Of a stretch of DNA of 64,000 nucleotides, positions 1-12,879 are shown piece after piece (position 1 is the stretch's first letter; each line of letters starts with the position of its first letter). Source of the stretch: Mobula hypostoma (lineage: Eukaryota); contig NC_086109.1 of the NCBI RefSeq assembly GCF_963921235.1, positions 36,768,001 to 36,832,000 on the forward strand, read 5' to 3'. The notes beneath the pieces are model-generated. The model ran no database searches and had not been told where the DNA came from. It was given only the letters and a program-made list of their open reading frames with translations. Made by a program: the position numbers and the translations under genes.

Positions 1-826
1 ACCCATACGCATGAGCACTGGCGCCCCTTCCTCACCCTTTTTAATCTATGTTTGAATTCCATATTATGCCAATAAATTTCTTTAAATTTTCCATCACTTC
101 TAGGTGCACTTCTCTCCTAAGTGATGCTGCTAGAGATGTTTCAAATTTAGGGAATTAAGTTTAATATAATGGATCATTCTTTATCAGTTATGCCTCCAAC
201 TGTGTTTTCATTAGCATGAAATAAAACTTGTAAATATTCACAAAAAGACATACGAATAGGTTATAATTATACATATCTATTATATTTTCATTACCTTTAT
301 TTTAAATTGATGAGCATATGAATTTGTGAATATATTTAAATGCAATCCAGACAGAGTTAGATTTTAATTATTCCAATTATTTTATAACTTCAGTTTATTA
401 AACCACAGGTTTTAATAAGCAATTGTTAACTTATTGAAACTTTATTGTTTATGCCACCTTTCCATGATCAATAATGCCAAACTGAGATAATCATATTGGT
501 GGCAAAGAGAGTCACTATTTCTTGAAATGGTTTATTTTATTTTGGAAGTAAACAATGAGAATAAAGGGCTAGTAAAAAGTAACCATGATCAGAATGTCTC
601 CTTGTACACCAGAATTTCTGTTAATACTTGTACTCCTTAATTAGCATAATTAATTTTCTTGGATTTCCTTAAACCCTTGGGACAGAATATGAAGGATATC
701 ATATGTACTTGAGATAATCATCAGTGACCATCACTAACAATCAGAAATAACTTTACTCTCTGCCCTGATTAATGAACTAATTTCATTTACTCAGTTTCTC
801 TATATTTCTTCCTGAAGCAGCTTTCT

Positions 827-1047
827 GGGCCAGTCTGTGGTGTAGCGGTATCAGCACTGGACCTTGAGGTTGGATGGTCCTGAGTTCGAATCCAGCTGGG
901 TCCCAACCTGGGCAGCAGCAGGCTCTGCACAGAAGAAAGGCCTAGCCATCTACTTCCGTATCTTGCCACAAAAGCACTATGGACAATTACACTATCCATA
1001 GGGTTGCCATGAGTTTACAATGACTCGATAACACTCAGAAACAACAA
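827..1047 (+). mobile_element. tRNA-derived SINE with RTE/BovB-type 3' tail
   Basis: Pol III A box TGGTGTAGCGG (838-848) and B box GAGTTCGAATCC (882-893). The 3' end TCCATAGGGTTGCCATGAGT...GACTCGATAACAC...ACAACAA resembles the RTE-clade 3' stem-loop and (CAA)n tail. Possible degenerate TSD GCAGCT on both sides. Confidence 0.75.
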
Positions 1048-1339
1048 TGCAGCTCTATCTTTTTGCAAAACCATTCCTGGAAAACACTTAAAAGAATGTG
1101 AGAACAGCATACATCATTTTAATTCTGTAAGGAATTAAACTGATCTTCTGCTCAGCTACACCACCAGGTATTCCCCAATGCTATTAATGCTACATCCTTC
1201 CATTCACAATAAGGATTTAAGATATCCTAAAGTATTGTTGCTAGGCATGGAATAAATGCAGGTTCTAAACGTTATGCTGTGACCCCACAGTTTCAAGACT
1301 GAGAAGGGGAAAAATGAATAGAGATTAAATCTTAGTAAG

Positions 1340-1495
1340 AAGAAAGACTTGTACTAATACAGTTACCTTCAGATTGATGCAAGATGCGATGTAGTTAGCA
1401 AGGGATTTTTGAAGGGTAGTCTCTGCTCCACTATAGAGTAAAACAAAACTATCACATGTTACATGAGCAACAATGATATAAAGACCATATATTTT
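1340..1495 (-). mobile_element. Old Deu-domain SINE (SacSINE1/AmnSINE-like) 3' fragment
   Basis: Diverged matches to the recalled DeuSINE tail (AAAGACTTG..., TTTTGAAG.GTAGTC, CAATG...GACCA.ATA). Confidence 0.45.
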
Positions 1496-2172
1496 ATTTC
1501 AATTGATGAGGATGAAGGGAAAGCTCCTCACTCTTCCTTGACGTGCTTGTTTGTGATCTTTTCATCCAATTAAACCCACAATTCTTTGATTTAGAAGCAA
1601 GAATTCCAATGCAGCAGTTCTGGTAGGTTGCAGAGAAAAATAATGACTCCATTCTTCTAGATATTTCATTAGATCTATTCAGATTTAGTTTTTGCTGCCA
1701 ATCAAATTTGAATTTAAATTTAGAATTGTTATAATTTTTTTTATTTTTGCGTTTCATAGCAGAATGAGAAACATGATGCTGAATACATTGTTCTTCACAT
1801 TGTTACTTGGAGTAATTATGGCTTCCGGCAACAGTACAGAATGAATAACATTTGCTAGACTATCTGCAGAGCATCTTCTTAAAATTTCCCAATAATCAGT
1901 GGAAAAGAATTGGTATTGATGCTCAGTTGAACTAATACAGTGCTTATTATAAAATCATCCGGTCAAAATTACCTCAATATTGTCATGTACCTTTGTATGC
2001 AGAGATGATTCATTGCCAAATTATCATACAATTTAAATTTGTCAAATATTCAAATGTTCATGAAGTTGTATTTATTTAATTACTTACATCCACAAAATAT
2101 AAGTAGGTTCAACAGTGATAAATGCAGCAGATATATGTGTTTTGAAGAACAACTGAACAACCTAAATTCCTC

Positions 2173-2377
2173 AAACAACAGGAATTCTGCAGATGCTGGA
2201 AATTCAAGCAACACACATCAAAGTTGCTGGTGAACGCAGCAGGCCAGGCAGCATCTATAGGAAGAGGTGCAGTTGACGTTTCAGGCCGAGACCCTTCGCC
2301 AGGACTAACTGAAGGAAGAGTTCTTCCTTCAGTTAGTCCTGACGAAGGGTCTCGGCCTGAAACGTCGATTGCACCGT
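2173..2377. mobile_element. Penelope-derived palindromic insertion
   Basis: 14-bp TSD AACCTAAATTCCTC at 2159-2172 and 2378-2391. 54-bp inverted arms at 2266-2319 and 2322-2375 (3 mismatches). Same terminus family as the GIY-YIG-bearing copy at 11119. Confidence 0.85.
2335..2370 (+). ncRNA. Minimal type I hammerhead ribozyme motif (PLE-type)
   Basis: AGTC-CTGACGA-AGGGTCTCGGCCT-GAAAC-GTC-GATT: stem I, CUGANGA core, short stem II, GAAA, loopless palindromic stem III (ACGT) and a GUC cleavage triplet. Confidence 0.7.
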
Positions 2378-3079
2378 AACCTAAATTCCTCTGTTCTTAG
2401 CAACATAGATTTTGCATAAAGGGCTCAGAATCAAGCACATTGATGGGGAAATGAAGTCACAATCAGACCAGAGGAGGTGAGCACCCCCATTTTTTTATAA
2501 TTTAAGTCAAATGAGCCTTCACAAAATTCTGTAAGAATATCGTCCACCTTTATTGATACTGGGTTTTATGTACAGATAAAGAAAAAAAAAGACTCCATTT
2601 TTTCCCCACCGGTAATTAACTCAGGCCTAAAAAAAATAGCTTCAGAACAAAATGGTCACAATTCCATAGCTATTTGCTTAACAAATACAAGAGTTAGCTT
2701 CAGCTGATTGACTCCTATAGACTGCTGCACCTAATTTATAAAACTCTGGTTCTTGACTACAGTGTGCAGTGGATATCATATTGCCATCAAGAAAATGTTG
2801 CATTGATTCCAGTTTGCAACACTTAGTAGGATGTAATTCTAATACACCACTAATATTGTCATAGTGGACATGCCAATCTACTCTTGAATCTTGAACTAGT
2901 TGTCAATTCTTATTTGTCTTTATTCTTATTTGTTTTAGAAATGAGTTTACAAATGATGTAGCTTAGCTTTCAGTTGTAATAGCACTACTTAAAATGCATT
3001 GTTTTAAAATATTTCCTTCTAAAGCTGCTTCAGAATGCATTCTTTTTAAGAGTCAGATGCCCCCTCTAGTCTTATCTTT

Positions 3080-3425
3080 TCAGGCTGAGGTAGATTGGAC
3101 ACAGAGAGGATGTTTCATATAGTGGGGGAGTCTAGGACCAGGGAAACATCATCAGATAGATGGATGTTTCTTTAGAACTGAGAGGAGGAGGAATTTCTTT
3201 AGCCCAAGGGTGGTGAATCTGTGGAATTCATTGCCACAGATGACTGTGGAGGCTGAGTGACTGGGAGCACTTAAACTGGAAGTTAATAGGTTCTTGATTG
3301 ATAAGGGTGTCAAAGGTTACAGGGAGAAGGCAGGAAAATAGATTTGAGAGGGATAATAAATCAGTCATAATGGAATGGCGGAGCAGATTTGGCCTAATTC
3401 TGCTCCTATTTCTTACAGTCTTATA
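3080..3425 (+). mobile_element. CR1 LINE 3' end fragment
   Basis: ORF2 C-terminal relic (GGAGTCTAGGACCAGG...AGGAATTTCTTTAGCC...GGTGGTGAATCTGTGGAATTC) plus the 3' UTR hairpin region GGCCTAATTCTGCTCCTAT. Confidence 0.75.
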
Positions 3426-5517
3426 GACTAACTTAAACCCACTCCTGGTTGGTCTCGTTCATTCCACTCTCTGAAACTTGGTTACTTAATATTCTACTGA
3501 TTATATCTTTACCGACTGTGTTCCATCTCCCTCTGTTTGCCAATTTACACCTAATCCCATTCTGATTCTTGCTTCTAAACTTGTTCTGGATCTTACTTCA
3601 TCCTGATAATCTTCTAAATTATCACTATTCTTCTAATTTATCACCATTTATCTAACTCTGGTGCATTGAATATCATTGAATTTAATTGTAAAAGATGTGA
3701 AATAGATACCCATTTCATTAGTGAAGAACATCAGCATGACAAGCATAAGTGAAATCATACAAAGGTGCACAAAAATCCGAAGAAACTTCTGGATCCAGTT
3801 GGTTCAGATTGTAGCTTCTTATATTCATTTTGCTGTTGTGACTAACAGGTTTGCATGTCTCATCTTTTCCTTTTTTCCCCCTCCTCTCATAACGAGCTAC
3901 ATTTATAATCCAGTCATTAATTCAAATCTAACATAAAAACTCCTTTAACTCTTTCTTCCTCTGCTCCTTCTCATTTGCCCCATTTTACTCATTTCATATG
4001 CAAAGAATCATTTCCAGAATTAATGACAAATGCTCAACAGCTGTGGTAGGGCTTGAATACCACATCAACTCTTGCAACACAAAACTAAGCACGATATATG
4101 ACAACAAGGTTTCCCTCCCTGATGGGCTCAATGTCTTTTATGTTCACTTTGACTGACAGAATATAAAGGCACCTTCACAAACCCCCCCACAGAGCCTGTG
4201 ATCTCAGGCTCTAAGCTCAACATGAGAGCATCCTTTAGGAGAGGGAATCCACGGATAGCATCTAGCTGAGAGAGTATCCTTGCCTGTGGTGGACTGGGCA
4301 ACCACAGGCCTGTGAAGGCCTGTGATAAATAACTGGCTAGAGTGTTTCTAGACATCTTCAAACTCTTGCTTCAGCAGCCTGAGGTACCCATCTATCTCAA
4401 GTAGGCTTCAATCATACCAGTGGCCAAGAAGAAAATGACTATCATCCATTAGCACTTGCATCGACTGTGATGAAGTGCTTCGAGAGGTTGGTCATGAAGC
4501 ATATCAACTCCTGTCTGAGGAGAGAAATGGGTCCAATTACAGTCACAACAGATCAACAGTAGCTCTGTAACACCTGAACACTGAAGATGCTGAGCATTCA
4601 ATACTATCATTTCCTTCTAAGCATCACTAAGCTCCAAAATCTCGGCCTCAAATACCTCCTTGTGTATCTGGATCCTTGATTTTCTCACTTGTAGACACCA
4701 GTTAGTACAGACTGGTAGCAACACCTCTTCCACACTCACCATCAGCACAGGCGCACACAAGGATGAGTGCTTCGCCCCCTCCTCTACTCACTTCATTCCG
4801 ATGATTGAGCGGCCAAGTACAGCTCCATTGCCATATCTAAGTTTGCTGATGACTCCACTGATGAAACACTGCCATCAGCTGAATCAAGGTGATGACAGAT
4901 TAGCATATAGGAGAGAGGTTGAAAATCAGATGCAACTTCTTAGTCGATGTCCCAAAAACCAACGTATTGACTACAGGAGGAAGAAGGTGGAGAACTATTA
5001 GCCAGTCCTCATGAGGGCATTGTAGGTGGACAGGGTCAAAAGCTTTAAATTCATTGTTGTTAACATACCAGAAGACCTTTCCTGGGACAAACATGAAAAT
5101 GCCATCACAAAGAAGTCACACCTCTCTTTTTTTAAAAGTTAGCATCGATGAGGGACGTCACTAAAAAAAAATTGGCAAATCTCTATAGATGTACAATGGG
5201 GCAGTTACATCACCGCGTGGTATGGAAACAACCAATGCCCAGGAATGGAAAAGGCTACAGAAAGTGGTGGATACAGCCCAGTCCACCACAGGAAAAGCCC
5301 TCCCCACCATTGAATACGTTTACATGGAGCAGTGCCACAAGAAAGCAGCATCCATCTTCAAGGACCCCACCATCCAGGCTATGCCTTCTTCTCACTACTG
5401 CCATCAGGCAGCAGGTACAGAGGCTTTGTGTCCCATATCAACAAGATCAGGAATATATATTACCCTAAAACCATCAGGCTCCAAAAACAGTATTTTCACT
5501 TCAATTACAACTACTTT

Positions 5518-8060
5518 AACCATATAACAATATAACAATTACAGCACGGAAACAGGCCATCTCAGCCCTTCTAGTTAGTACTCTCACCTAGTCCCATCGA
5601 CCTGCACTCAGCCCATAACCCTCCATACCTTTCCTGTCCATGTAGCTATCCAATTTTACTTTAAATGACAATATCGAACCTACCTCCACCACTTCTACTG
5701 GAAGCTCGTTCCGCACAGCTACCACTCTCTGAGTAAAGAAGTTCCCCCTCGTGTTCCCCTAAACTTTTGCCCCCTAACTCTCAACTCATGTCCTCTTGTT
5801 TGAATCTCCCCTACTCTCAATGGAAAAAGCCTATCCACGCCAACCCTATCTATCCCCCTCATAATTTTAAATCCCTCTATCAAGTCCCCCCTCAACTTTC
5901 TACACTCCAAAGAATAAAGACCCAACTTGTTCAACCTTTCTCTGTGACTTTGGTGCTGAAACCCAGGTAATATTCTAGTAAATCTTCTCTGTACTCTCTC
6001 TATTTTGTTGACATCTTTCCTATAATTCAGTGACCAGAACTGTACACAATACTCCAAGATTGGTCTTACCAATGGCTTGTACAATTTTAACATTACATCC
6101 CAACTCCTATACTCAATGCTCTGATTTATAAAGGCCAGCATACCAAAAGCTTTCTTCACCACCCTATCCACATGAGATTCCACCTTCAGGGAACTATGCA
6201 CCATTATTCCTAAAACCCTCTGTTCTACTGCATTCTTCAATGCCCTACCATTTACCATGTATGTACTATTTTTATTAGTCCTACCAAAATGTAGCACCTC
6301 ACACTTATCAGCTTTAAACTCCATTTACCATCTTTCATCTCACTCTTCTAACTGGCCTAAATCTCTCTGCAAGCTTTGAAAGCTTACTTCATTATCCACA
6401 ACTCCACCTATCTTAGTATCATCTGCATACTTAATCCAATTCACCACTCCATCATCCAGATCATTAATGTATATGACAAACAACATTGGACCCAGTACAG
6501 ATCCCTAAGGCACGCCACTAGTCACCGGCCTCCAACCTGACAAACAGTTATCCACCTCTACTCTCTGGCATCTCCCATCCAGTCACTGTTGAATCTATTT
6601 TACTACTTCTCAATATTATACCAAATGATTGAACCTTCCTAACTAACCTTCCGTGTATAACCTGTCGAAGGCCTTACTGAAGTCTATATAGACAACATCC
6701 ACCCATTTACCCTCGTCAACTTTCCTAGTAACCTCGTCAAAAATTAAATAAGATTTGTCAAACATGATCTTCCACATACAAATCCATGTTGACGGTTCCT
6801 AATCAGACCCTGTCTATCCAGATAATTATATATACCATCTCTAAGAATACTTTCCATCAATTTACCCACCACTGACGTCAAACTCACAGGCCAATAATTG
6901 CTAGGTTTACTCTTAGAACCCTTTTTAAACAATGGAACAACATGAGCAATATGCCAATCCTCCGGCACCATCCCCGTTTCTAATGACATTTGAAATATTT
7001 CTGTCAGAGCCCTTGCTATTTCTACACTAACTTCCCGGAAGGTCCTAGGGAATATCCTGTCAGGACCCGGAGACTTATCCACTTTTATATTCCTTAAAAG
7101 CGCCTATACTTCCTCTTCTTTAATCATCATAGTTTCCATAACTTCCCTACTTGTTTCCCTTAACTTACACAATTCAATATCCTTCTCCTTAGTGAATACC
7201 GAAGAAAAGAAATTGTTCAAAATCTCCCCCATCTCTTTTGGTTCCACACATAGCTGTCCACTCTGATTCTCTAAGGGACCAATTTTATCCCTCACTATCC
7301 TTTTGCTATTAATATAACTGTAGAAACCCTTTAGATTTATTTTCACCTTACTTGCCAAAGAAACCTCATATCTTCTTTTAGCTTTTCTAATTTCTTTCTT
7401 AAGATTCATTTTACATTCTTTATATTCCTCAAGCTCCTCATTTACTCCATGCTGCCCATATTTATTATAGATCCCTCTCTTTTTCCAAACCAAGTTTCCA
7501 ATATCCCTTGAAAACCATGGCTCTCTCAAACTTTTAACCTTTCCTTTCAACCTAACAGGAACATAAAGATTCTGTACCCTCAAAATTTCACCTTTAAATG
7601 ACCTTCATTTCTCTATTACATCATTCCCATAAAACAATTTGTCCTAATCCACTCCTTTTAAATCCGTTCACATCTCCTTATAGTTAGCCTTTCTCCAACC
7701 AAAAATTTCAACTCTGGGTCCAGACCTATCCTTCTCCATAGTTATATTGAAACTAATGGTATTGTGATCACTGGACCTGAAGTGCTCCCCAACACATACC
7801 TCCATCACCTGACCTATCTCATTCCATAACAGGAGATCCAGCACTGCCCCTTCTCTAGTTGGTACCTCTATGTATTGCTGCAAAAAACTATCTTGCCCAT
7901 ATTTTACAAACTCCAAACCATCCAGCACTTTTACAGTATGAGCTTCCCAGTCTATGTGTGGGAAGCCCATACTGTAAATTAAAATCTCCCACAATCACAA
8001 CCTTGTGCTTACTAAACATATCTGCTATCTCCTTACAAATTTGCTCCTCCAATTCTCGCT
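5518..8060 (-). mobile_element. CR1 LINE, 5'-truncated ORF2 (EN C-terminus, RT) with 3' UTR
   Basis: Minus-strand ORFs 7668-7994, 7104-7583, 6744-7082 (KSPGPD...NYWPVSLTSVVGKLMES...QHGF) and 5719-6324 (KCEVLHFG...LEYCVQFWS). (TGGTTATA)n-like tail at 5518. Confidence 0.92.
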
Positions 8061-8220
8061 TTGAACGGATTCTACAACCTACAGGCTCACCTTCATGGAC
8101 TCTTTACAACCCATGCTCTCAGTATTATATATTATTTTTATTTATTTGTTCAGTTTGTCTTCTTTTGTTTGTCAGACTTCGTTTATGTGTTTTTTCGACA
8201 TTCCATTGTATTTCTTTCCT

Positions 8221-8645
8221 CAAGGAGGGCCACAACTTGCAGTGGTTTGGAGGCCTGAGTGCCCCAGTGACAGAGGGAGCTGTGTTGGATGGAGTCCGAG
8301 CTTTAAACTTTGGCTCTTGGTAGGGTCACCCATGCTAGATAGGTCAAAAGGTAGAGGACAGACTAAGAGTCGTGCACTGTTCCTCTAGGATCTGGAATTC
8401 AGCTCAGGGCCAACAACCCTGACTGGTAAAACAAAACTGCTACAGAAACAACAATGAAATATCCCTCTACATTAGAGCGTGGCGGTTTTCCAGAGTCTCC
8501 AGAGTTTTCCAGAGCCTGGGACTTGCGTGACTGACAGTGGTGAAAACTGACAGGAAGCTACTGGCATTGTGTAGGAAGTCCTGAACATCATCAGAAAAGG
8601 GGGACCTTCATTGCTGCCATAAACACCAATGGTATAATGGGCAGC
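8221..8645 (+). mobile_element. Short non-autonomous RTE-derived element (5' UTR joined to 3' end)
   Basis: The 5' part resembles RTE/Expander leaders (CTTGGTAGGGTCACCCATG...AGGTC...CAGACTAAG). The 3' part resembles an RTE end (ACCTTCATTGCTGCCATAAAC...TAATGGGCAG). No ORF2 lies between them. Confidence 0.5.
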
Positions 8646-9523
8646 TCATCTAGGATTGCATTTTGTTATTTTTCCTGCAAGAAATTTACTGAAAGAAAAT
8701 GAATTTCAAGTTAGTATCTGAGATCATACAGTAGATGTACTTTGATCATAAATTTACATTGACTGTGACTTTTACTTCTCAGCTACCATACACCTGTACT
8801 TGCCTCATAGCTGCTGTATCTCTATTTTTTCCCATTTCTGATCAATGATACTGCCTGCCCTTTTGAGTGCTTCTAGCAGTTAAAAAAAAAATTCCAGTCA
8901 ATGCTACATTTCTACCATGGTACTAATCTTAGATATTTATGAACCTCAAGTCACAGCAGGATCTTTCTTTATAAGCTCACCCTCTATGTATAATTAACAT
9001 CTGTATATAGTCCTGTAAATATTCTGCTTGCAATGTTAAACAAAATTAAATTTTCATGCCAAAGCATTTGTAACTGCTCTTGTTGTAATATTAGCTCCAG
9101 ACAAAATCATAACAATAAAATTTTATTCAGAAACTGCAAACACAGCATAAAGAAATGGAATTCTGCAGCTGTCGTGGAAAGACTGTTGTAAAGTATTGTT
9201 GCTAGGCGATGAACATTAAAATTGATCGTGTTAAATCAACTGGGATAGATTTAGAAGCAAATAAACCCAATACCTGAGCAGTCTACAAATATAGTCATAA
9301 AGATAAAATAATTTGTGAATCCAAAATGAAGATGAAAAACATCGAGAGAAAGTACTACGATGTAATTATTGCTTTGGCCAGTGCATGAAATAGTCAGGTA
9401 GTCTCCCTTCTCCACAGGGGTAAGTCCCATTAATAAATGGAAGATTATTAACTTATGGTAGACTTTCATTTACCTTGTGAAAATTTAAATTATTTCCACA
9501 ATACTTTACTGTGATTGTTCAAA

Positions 9524-9760
9524 GAAGTTCAAAGTTCAAAGCAAATTTATTATCGAAGAACATATATGTTAGCATATACTACCCTGAGATTCATTTTCTT
9601 GCAGACATTCACAATAAATGCAAAGAAACTCAATGAAAAACCACATACAAAAAGGACAGACAAAAATAATGTGCAAAAGACAACAAACTGTGCAAACACA
9701 AAAAAGTGGGGGAGAAAACAAAATAATAATAATAATAATAAATAAATATGCAATAAATAT
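9524..9760 (-). mobile_element. Rex-type LINE 3' tail
   Basis: AAGTTCAAAGTTCAAAGCAAATTTATTATC...ACCCTGAGATTCATTTTCTTGCAG. Same family as 22560, 44624 and 49200. Confidence 0.65.
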
Positions 9761-10839
9761 CTATTGTTATTGGATAAAATTCTTGAAAGCTCCCACTTAA
9801 CTGAATCATTTGGACAATATCACTAAAGCAAGAATTGCAGAATGTCCAAACACCAATTTCTTAGAGTACATAGGGATGATCATTAAATGTGGATTTCCTC
9901 ACATTAATAGGGAAAGTATAAAGTTACAATGATTCTTGTTATCAATGACTGAAGATCCTACGACAAAGAAAACAACCCGAGGACTGGGAGACTGAAAGAT
10001 CAGAATATCCTAGTGGGAATCATTAAAACAAAACCAAAAAAATGTATTCAGCAAATGACTCCTACTTCCCTTATGTAAAAAGGAAAGGTTTAGTATATGT
10101 TATTCATCCATGCATCTCCTACACAGAGAAAGAATTATGTGGAGAATAAGGAAACTGCAGAAGTATAACCAAATATATTGAGATGAGTTTTTGGTCCTAG
10201 ACGACAGATGAGAAAAGCTTGTTTAACTCAATAGCCATTTTTATTATGACTAGCACAAAAACAGACTGTGTACTATGATCTGGGATGAGAACCCACTCAT
10301 TCACCTACAGACAGGGGAGGTGATGATTACACACCACGGTTGCAATCAGGGTAACCTACAAGCACAGATGTGAATAACTGCATAACCCAAGCTCAAATGC
10401 AACAATAAATTAACTTGAACGTCCCACCATAAGCATTTTAAGACAAGGACAATAAATAGGGCTGGCCACGAGGAATGCTGGGGCAGGCTGTTGACCACAC
10501 AACCAAACCCCACCCCAAGCACTATAATATTTGATCTTACTTCACAGAGAGAGGCAGCCAAGTCTCCCAGAAATGTGTAGCAGGAATGAGGATCTTAAAT
10601 AAATTAGCATGAGTTAAAAGATTATATTTAGTGACATTAAAGGGCCAATCCACAGGACTTGATGCCCTGTAGCCTGGATTTTGATATAAGAAATTGGATT
10701 CAGGATTTCCATCTTTCAAAAGTCCACAGATTCCGGATGGTTTCCATAGATTGGAAGAAAACAATATAACTCCATTAAAGAAGGGTTCTGATAATCCGTT
10801 ATCCCATTGTTTAGAAATTGCAATGGATTGAAATGAGGC

Positions 10840-11090
10840 TCCCTTTAAACTGACAGGCACCCAATTTCCTATGCTCCTACTTAGCTCACAAGATCCCTTT
10901 CCCACACTCTTGTTTTAAGTTCACTGGGGCACCATGGTATGCACTGATTTTAAGGTCATTGGGACCCTGTTTCCCGCACCACTTTTAAACTTGTCATGAC
11001 ACCATTCCCTGTGCTCTCTTTAACCTCACTGGCACCTCTTTATCCCAGTTCCTGTATCCTCATCAGGGTCCCATTGCACTTGTTCCTCTA
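10840..11090. repeat. Degenerate tandem repeat, about 35-bp unit, about 7 copies
   Basis: TTTAA(A/G/C)CTCAC.GG.ACC-like motifs recur near 10844, 10880, 10914, 10948, 10984 and 11019. Confidence 0.6.
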
Positions 11091-11118
11091 GAGTGACCAG
11101 GTTCTCCAAGAATGTTCA

Positions 11119-12315
11119 AAAAAGTGAAAACCTGCAGATGCTAGAAATCAGAGCAACACACCCAAAATGCTGGAGGAACTCAGAAGGCCAGGCAGCATCT
11201 ATGGAAAAAAGTACAGTCGACATTTCGGGCTGAAACCCTTAGGTAGGACTGGAGAAAAAATGTTGAGGAGTAGATTTGAAAGGTGGGGGGAGGGGAGAGA
11301 GAAACGGCAGGTGATAGGTGAAACTTAGAGAGGGAGGGATGAAGCAAAGAGCTAGAAAGTTGATTGAAGGTGATGGGCATTCAAGGAGATAACATGAGAT
11401 GGGGCAAGGAGATGGGAAGTGGTGAAGGAGGATAGAGTTGAGGCATTACGGGAAGTTTGAGAAATTGATGTTCATGCCATCAGGTTGGAAGCTACGCAAG
11501 TGAAATACAAGGTACCGTATTGTTCCTCGAACCTAAGCGTGGCTTTATCCCGACAGTGGAGGAGGCCATGGATAGAAATATCGGAACAGGAATAGGAAGT
11601 GGAATTAGAATGGGTAGCCACTGGGAGGTCCTGCTTGTTCTAGAAATATAGAAAATCTACAGCACAATACAGGCCCTTCGGCCCACAACACTCTGCTGAA
11701 CATATCCTTACCTTAGAAATTACCTAGGGTTATCCATAGCCCTCTATTTTTCTGAGCTCCATGTACCTATCCAGAAGTCTCTTAAAAGACCCTATCATAT
11801 CCGTCTCCACCACCATCACCGGCAGCCCATTCCAGACACTCACCACTCTCTGCGTAAAAAACTTACCCTTGACATCTCCTCTGTACCTACTTCCAAGCAC
11901 CTTAAAACTGTACCCTCGCGTGCTAGCCATTTCAGCCCTGGGAAAAAGCTTCTGACTATTCACACGATCAATGCCTCTCATCATCTTATACACCTCTATT
12001 AGGTCACCTCTCATCCTCCGTCGCTGCAAGGAAAAAAGACAGACAGAGCATAGATTCTCGGCGAAGGGGTCTCCCAACCTACGTTGGGTTTCACCGATAT
12101 ACAAGAGGCCACACCGGGAGTGCCGAACACAGTATATGACCCCAACAGACTCACAGGTGAAGTGTTGCCTCACCTGGAAGGACTGTTTGAGGCCCTGAAT
12201 GGTAGTGAGGGAGGAGGTGTAGGGGCAGGTGAAGCACTTTTTCTGCTTACAATGATAAGTGCCAGGACGGAGATCAGTGAGGAGGGATGAATGGACAAGG
12301 GAGTCGTGTAGGGAA
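11119..12315 (-). mobile_element. Penelope-like element 3' portion (GIY-YIG endonuclease relic plus terminal repeat), interrupted by CR1
   Basis: Translation FTCESVGVIYCVRHSRCGLLYIGETQRRLGD matches the PLE GIY-YIG motif. TSD CTCCAAGAA(T)GTTCA at 11104-11118 and 12316-12329. Decayed hammerhead at about 11215-11250. Confidence 0.85.
11641..12040 (-). mobile_element. CR1 3' end nested in the Penelope element
   Basis: LFSLQRRRMRGDLIEVYKMMRGIDRV...FFTQRVVSVWNGLP, with a TTCTATATTTCTA tail at 11641. Confidence 0.85.
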
Positions 12316-12879
12316 CTCCAAGAAGTTCATTGTAATAATGTGTAACATCAGATTATGAAATAAAGAAAGTTATATTAATTGGAGTAACGTCCAATAGTCC
12401 AGAAATTTGCTGGTCTGCTACCACCCCAAAGGTGATGGGTCATCAGTTTCCCTCTATTTAAGAAATAAAAAGAAAGGAAACTGGAAACTACTTAATATTT
12501 GATAGGAGAGAAAATACTAAAATCCATTAGATGTGAAGAAAAGCAGTTAAATATGATAATAGGATTAATCTGTGTCAATATGGATTTAAGGAAGGTAAAT
12601 CATGCTTGACAAATCTGTTAGAGATGATGATACAGTGTATATTTAGACTTTCAGAACTCAATAATGTGCTGTACAAGGTCATTAAATGAAAGTACAGTAT
12701 CTCAGATTGGTGTTATATGCAGGGACTCCCCAGGACACAGATGACATTTCTTAAGAAAATCTTACTGTGCACAAGTTCTTCCCTGCATCCTTTAAAACAT
12801 TTTTCAAAACAGAAATAATGATAAAATATCCTGTGTGTTCATTAATGACAGGATTCAGTATATATTCCATTAATCAATG

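Larger units (their letters stand above)
4130..8775 (+). mobile_element. Degenerate Rex1/Babar-type LINE, split by nested insertions (pieces about 4130-5517, 8061-8220, 8650-8775)
   Basis: RT relics (CIWILDFLT.RHQLVQ.G..TSSTLTISTGA; KRLQKVVDTAQ). The 3' UTR resumes at 8061 and ends with AATAAA-like TTTGATCATAAATTTACATTGA. Confidence 0.75.

Noticed and set aside
827..905. Functional tRNA gene
   Set aside because: No convincing cloverleaf or terminator; it continues into a SINE body and tail.
11730..12173. 147-aa ORF that looks like a novel GIY-YIG/RT-tail fusion
   Set aside because: Chance in-frame junction of a CR1 3' end inserted into a Penelope endonuclease relic.
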